Part shown: positions 23,794 to 26,513 of the stretch, one piece after another
Numbering within the stretch: position 1 is the first letter of the stretch
Layout of the letters: each line of letters begins with the position of its first letter
From: a virus
Lineage: Duplodnaviria; Caudoviricetes
IMG/VR virus record: IMGVR_UViG_3300017747_001102
Coordinates: 1-26,513 of that record
Strand: one strand, 5' to 3'
Length of the DNA stretch: 26,513 nt
Notes under the pieces: model-generated
Told to the model about the DNA's origin: nothing
The model's input: the letters and a program-made list of their open reading frames with translations, nothing else
Databases searched by the model: none
Position numbers and translations under genes: made by a program

Positions 23794-23958
23794 ATGAATA
23801 AGCAATACTGTAACGACAGGGAACAAGATGACGAGGACGATGAGGATGAATACGAAGAAGAAGGTACATGGCAGTGCGAAGAGGAAGAATATACAGCTTG
23901 CCAAGTAGCAGAAGCTATGAGAGAATGTTTAACGAACGAGTTAGGAGATACAAAATGA
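23794..23958 (+). CDS. Very acidic small protein, 54 aa
   Basis: SD AAGGAG before ATG 23794. 21 of 54 residues are Asp/Glu. Confidence 0.6.
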   Translation: MNKQYCNDREQDDEDDEDEYEEEGTWQCEEEEYTACQVAEAMRECLTNELGDTK

Positions 23959-24140
23959 CAACTGAATACAACAAAGCTAAACGTGCAGAATCCATAGCAT
24001 ACCTAAAAGAACGCAACAAGTACCTACTTGATGCAAACACATTCATCCCTACATCAGCGGTAGCTACCGATGTGGGTAAAACAATCGAGCAGTTCCTAAC
24101 CAACCAGAATACACAGTTCACAAGGAGGTGTCACAAATGA
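23955..24140 (+). CDS. Hypothetical protein
   Basis: SD AGGAG, ATGA overlap: MTTEYNKAKR... Confidence 0.65.
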   Translation: MTTEYNKAKRAESIAYLKERNKYLLDANTFIPTSAVATDVGKTIEQFLTNQNTQFTRRCHK

Positions 24141-24301
24141 GAACCGCGCTAAGGATTTTGTATTTGATATTGCTACTGTTCTATCCCATACTCTTGGTGA
24201 TTAGTTGTATGTATTGGTTGTGGGACAACGCTACAGAGATGGCTGACGCTACGATTGCTAAAAGAGACGATACGATTGCTAAAAGAAGGGGGAAGAAATG
24301 A
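24137..24301 (+). CDS. Small membrane protein, 54 aa (not in the ORF track)
   Basis: SD AGGAGGT; MRTALRILYLILLLFYPILLVISCMYWLWDN...TIAKRDDTIAKRRGKK. ATGA overlaps on both sides. Confidence 0.65.
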   Translation: MRTALRILYLILLLFYPILLVISCMYWLWDNATEMADATIAKRDDTIAKRRGKK

Positions 24302-24558
24302 CCCTAGACGAAGTACCTGAATTGGCATTAGAAGGCGACCCCATTGCCCAGGAAGCGTATGGATGGATGTTCTACGAGGGGCGGGGCGTAGTAAAGAGTT
24401 ATGTGGAAGCCCTGTACTGGTATCACAAGGCAGCTGACCAAGGTAGTGTCGAGGCGCAATACAACCTAGCCCTCATGTATGCAAGGGGGTTGGGTGTTGC
24501 TAAGGACATGGATGAGTCAGCTAAGTGGGTTGAATCAGCATCAAGAGGAGGGATATAA
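24298..24558 (+). CDS. Sel1-like repeat protein (two repeats)
   Basis: AQEAYGWMFYEGRGVVKSYVEALYWYHKAADQG and AQYNLALMYARGLGVAKDMDESAKWVESASRGG match the Sel1 consensus. Confidence 0.85.
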   Translation: MTLDEVPELALEGDPIAQEAYGWMFYEGRGVVKSYVEALYWYHKAADQGSVEAQYNLALMYARGLGVAKDMDESAKWVESASRGGI

Positions 24559-24559
24559 A

Positions 24560-24835
24560 ATGACACCAGAACAATTTGACCGTACAGAAAACAAAATAGC
24601 GAAACACATCACTGCTATGGAGCGGGTAAGACATGCAGGGTTAGTATTAGGGGAAGCAGAAGCTAAGAGTGAGATTGCTCTTGCTTTTAGAAACCAAGCC
24701 CTTGAGGTATATAACATCGCGCTCAAAGCATACAAGGTATCAATATCAATGCCGACAGTAAGATTCAGCCCCCCAAAAGAGAAGAAAGTTAAGAAGGCAA
24801 AACCAATACAACAGATGCCGCTTTTCATAAACTAA
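24560..24835 (+). CDS. Hypothetical protein
   Basis: SD GGAGG before ATG 24560: MTPEQFDRTE... Confidence 0.65.
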   Translation: MTPEQFDRTENKIAKHITAMERVRHAGLVLGEAEAKSEIALAFRNQALEVYNIALKAYKVSISMPTVRFSPPKEKKVKKAKPIQQMPLFIN

Positions 24836-24848
24836 GTAAGGGGACTAA

Positions 24849-24956
24849 ATGAACATACTTCTTTTCTTATGGATTGTATATATTTTCTTACCTGATGCTA
24901 ACGCAAGCCAAGTCGAACCAACAACGAAGGGGGGGACATGCGATACCAAGCGATGA
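24849..24956 (+). CDS. Membrane or secreted micro-protein, 35 aa
   Basis: SD AAGGGG; MNILLFLWIVYIFLPDANASQVEPTTKGGTCDTKR. Confidence 0.5.
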   Translation: MNILLFLWIVYIFLPDANASQVEPTTKGGTCDTKR

Positions 24957-25183
24957 AAGGAATGGTAGTAGTAATGCTGTGTCTAGTGGGGGCTAAGAAC
25001 TCACATGCAGACCAATGCTTCGATGCACAGCGAGCACTACCTGCTAACAAGCCACTACCCGATAAACTAATCACAGGGTACTGTACATGTTACGAGAAGT
25101 ATAAGAAGACTGACATGCCCGCTATGCGGTGCTACAACATTATGTGGGATGATTTTCATAAACTAAGTAAGGGGATTAAATGA
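24938..25183 (+). CDS. Small Cys-containing exported protein (start possibly 24953)
   Basis: Signal-peptide-like MKGMVVVMLCLVGAKNSHA followed by four more Cys. Confidence 0.55.
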   Translation: MRYQAMKGMVVVMLCLVGAKNSHADQCFDAQRALPANKPLPDKLITGYCTCYEKYKKTDMPAMRCYNIMWDDFHKLSKGIK

Positions 25184-25392
25184 GCAAAACATATAGCTAC
25201 AACACAGTCGTAAACCTAGAGACAGGCGAGAAGGTTAAGAAGTTTGGGTTAGTCGATGCATTGAGCAGGGCACCTGAGACAGAACTAATGCTACTGAGTA
25301 TTGCGTGTGACAAGGCGGTGTATACCAAGATGACATCCGACAAGGCAGCGGCTTTTGATTTACTAAACGACATCGTGGGAGCAGTAAGATGA
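25180..25392 (+). CDS. Hypothetical protein
   Basis: ATGA overlaps on both sides, SD AAGGGG. Confidence 0.65.
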   Translation: MSKTYSYNTVVNLETGEKVKKFGLVDALSRAPETELMLLSIACDKAVYTKMTSDKAAAFDLLNDIVGAVR

Positions 25393-25949
25393 ATGAGATA
25401 CACAGCGTATTAGATAGGGTAATAGACGACAACAAGCGGGCAGGACGTGTTGTCACCGAAAAACAAATACAGGAGATTATGTTTATGACATACGGATATT
25501 CATACGACGAGACACGCAGGGCACAGGAGGCACTACAGAAGTCAAACAAGGCACTAGAAGCAGGGTGGCAGCAGGAGGAGACTAAGGCAGACAAGAAACC
25601 GAACTACTGGGTGGGTGACACGCCCAAATCAGAATTTGAAAAGGAATTTGAAAAGCTTGCAGCCGAAACTGATGCCAGAAAAGCCTTATGGTTAGCAGGC
25701 ATAAACTCAGCATCAGCGCAAGACTGGGATGCAGTCCGACCCGACATGGTTAACAGCCCCGCGCATTACATGCAGGGTGGCATTGAGACTATCGACTTCA
25801 TCGAGGCGAAGCTAACACCTGAGGAGTTCAGGGGATACCTGAAGGGCAACGTACTCAAGTACGCTAGTCGTATGGGCAACAAGGGCTCGATGCGGTTAGA
25901 TGCAGGCAAGGCAGCGTGGTATTCCAATAGGATAGTGGAGACAAACTGA
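25389..25949 (+). CDS. DUF3310 domain protein (T7 gp1.7-related putative nucleotide kinase domain)
   Basis: DMVNSPAHY...IETIDFI...GYLKGNVLKY..R...K...DAGKAAWY. Confidence 0.8.
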   Translation: MNEIHSVLDRVIDDNKRAGRVVTEKQIQEIMFMTYGYSYDETRRAQEALQKSNKALEAGWQQEETKADKKPNYWVGDTPKSEFEKEFEKLAAETDARKALWLAGINSASAQDWDAVRPDMVNSPAHYMQGGIETIDFIEAKLTPEEFRGYLKGNVLKYASRMGNKGSMRLDAGKAAWYSNRIVETN

Positions 25950-26029
25950 TGAGAGACCTATTGATAATAGAGTTTGCGCTGCTCTTATTGGCTATGTTTA
26001 TGGCTATGGTGATGTATTGGATATGGTAA
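25949..26029 (+). CDS. Membrane micro-protein, 26 aa
   Basis: TGATG and TAATG coupling on both sides; MRDLLIIEFALLLLAMFMAMVMYWIW. Confidence 0.55.
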   Translation: MRDLLIIEFALLLLAMFMAMVMYWIW

Positions 26030-26280
26030 TGACCCTAGAAGATGTAGCCGAGACTTATCCCGACTTGTTATACATGGATGAGTTCAAGGAAGCATTGATG
26101 GGGGTTGTTGAGCGCATCGGTACAGTGTCACTGTGCTACGACCAGGATAAGATCATTGAGATACTAATGCGTGACATGACAGAAGAAGAAGCTATTGAGC
26201 ACTTTAACTTTAACGTAGTGGGTGGATGGGTCGGGGAGCACACCCCGTTTACATTTATTAGAATAGAAGGGGATAAATGA
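26029..26280 (+). CDS. Conserved hypothetical phage protein
   Basis: EALMGV...CYD...EEAIEHFNFNVVGGWVGEHTP; TAATG start. Confidence 0.7.
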   Translation: MTLEDVAETYPDLLYMDEFKEALMGVVERIGTVSLCYDQDKIIEILMRDMTEEEAIEHFNFNVVGGWVGEHTPFTFIRIEGDK

Positions 26281-26390
26281 TGTGGCTCTTAATCGGTGCA
26301 TATATGTTCGCTGTGGGCTGGCAGGTTCACGAGCAGGTAACAACACCAAGAGAGCCGATAATCAAAGTGGAGGTGAAGAGGAATGACTAG
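26277..26390 (+). CDS. Membrane micro-protein, 37 aa
   Basis: SD AAGGGG, ATGA overlap; MMWLLIGAYMFAVGWQV... Confidence 0.5.
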   Translation: MMWLLIGAYMFAVGWQVHEQVTTPREPIIKVEVKRND

Positions 26391-26393
26391 AAT

Positions 26394-26513
26394 ATGATGA
26401 TAATAACTATCTTAATGTGTGCAATACTTGGTTACCAAGTAACTATGCCAGAGATTGCTAATGCCAAATATTCATTCACAGTATATAAAGATAATATTGT
26501 GCGAATGAATACA
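26394..26513 (+). CDS. Partial ORF with a hydrophobic N-terminus
   Basis: MMIITILMCAILGYQVTMPE..., open to the window end. Confidence 0.4.
   Translation, partial: MMIITILMCAILGYQVTMPEIANAKYSFTVYKDNIVRMNT

Larger units (their letters stand above)
24822..25183. repeat. 31-bp direct repeat (24822-24852 and 25153-25183, 1 mismatch)
   Basis: TTTTCATAAACTAAGTAAGGGGA(C/T)TAAATGA at both positions. Confidence 0.9.

Noticed and set aside
24250-24286. 16-bp tandem duplication (TACGATTGCTAAAAGA, period 21)
   Set aside because: The repeat is real but is an in-frame slippage duplication (TIAKR twice) within a small ORF, with no sign of separate function.
15678-26349. Minus-strand ORFs opposite the early genes, and ORFs in the 15678-16102 control region
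   Set aside because: They are shadow ORFs or overlap promoters and repeats, and their composition is not protein-like.
1-26513. Stop-codon reassignment
   Set aside because: Core genes are full length in the standard code, and TAA, TGA and TAG all end genes at sensible boundaries.

Overview
This window is part of a tailed dsDNA phage (Caudoviricetes) genome with two divergent arms. The minus strand (15556 to 1) is a virion morphogenesis module: small and large terminase, an inserted HNH endonuclease, portal, a GroES-like co-chaperonin, scaffold, a Mu gpT-like major capsid protein, a run of small basic proteins sharing KGG/GKTKG motifs, head-tail adaptors and the start of a tail-fibre gene. 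The plus strand (15993 to the end) holds early and accessory genes: an orphan ORF, a GP88-family protein, many small ORFs, a MoxR-type AAA+ ATPase with DUF3150-like and DUF2201 (HExxH + vWA) partners, a Sel1-repeat protein and a DUF3310 protein. The strongest candidates for undescribed biology are: (i) a cassette-like array of KGG/GKTKG-tagged proteins, one carrying an ADP-ribosyltransferase-like domain between two tags, suggesting a virion cargo-tagging system; (ii) a mirror-symmetric TGTTACC/GGTAACA array around an AT core, resembling an origin; (iii) three 28-bp pseudo-palindromic sites (13-bp arms, AA core); and (iv) a terminator-promoter-structured RNA unit after the capsid gene, probably the Mu-gpT-DE motif. 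Family assignments come from motif recognition by eye; no database searches were run.
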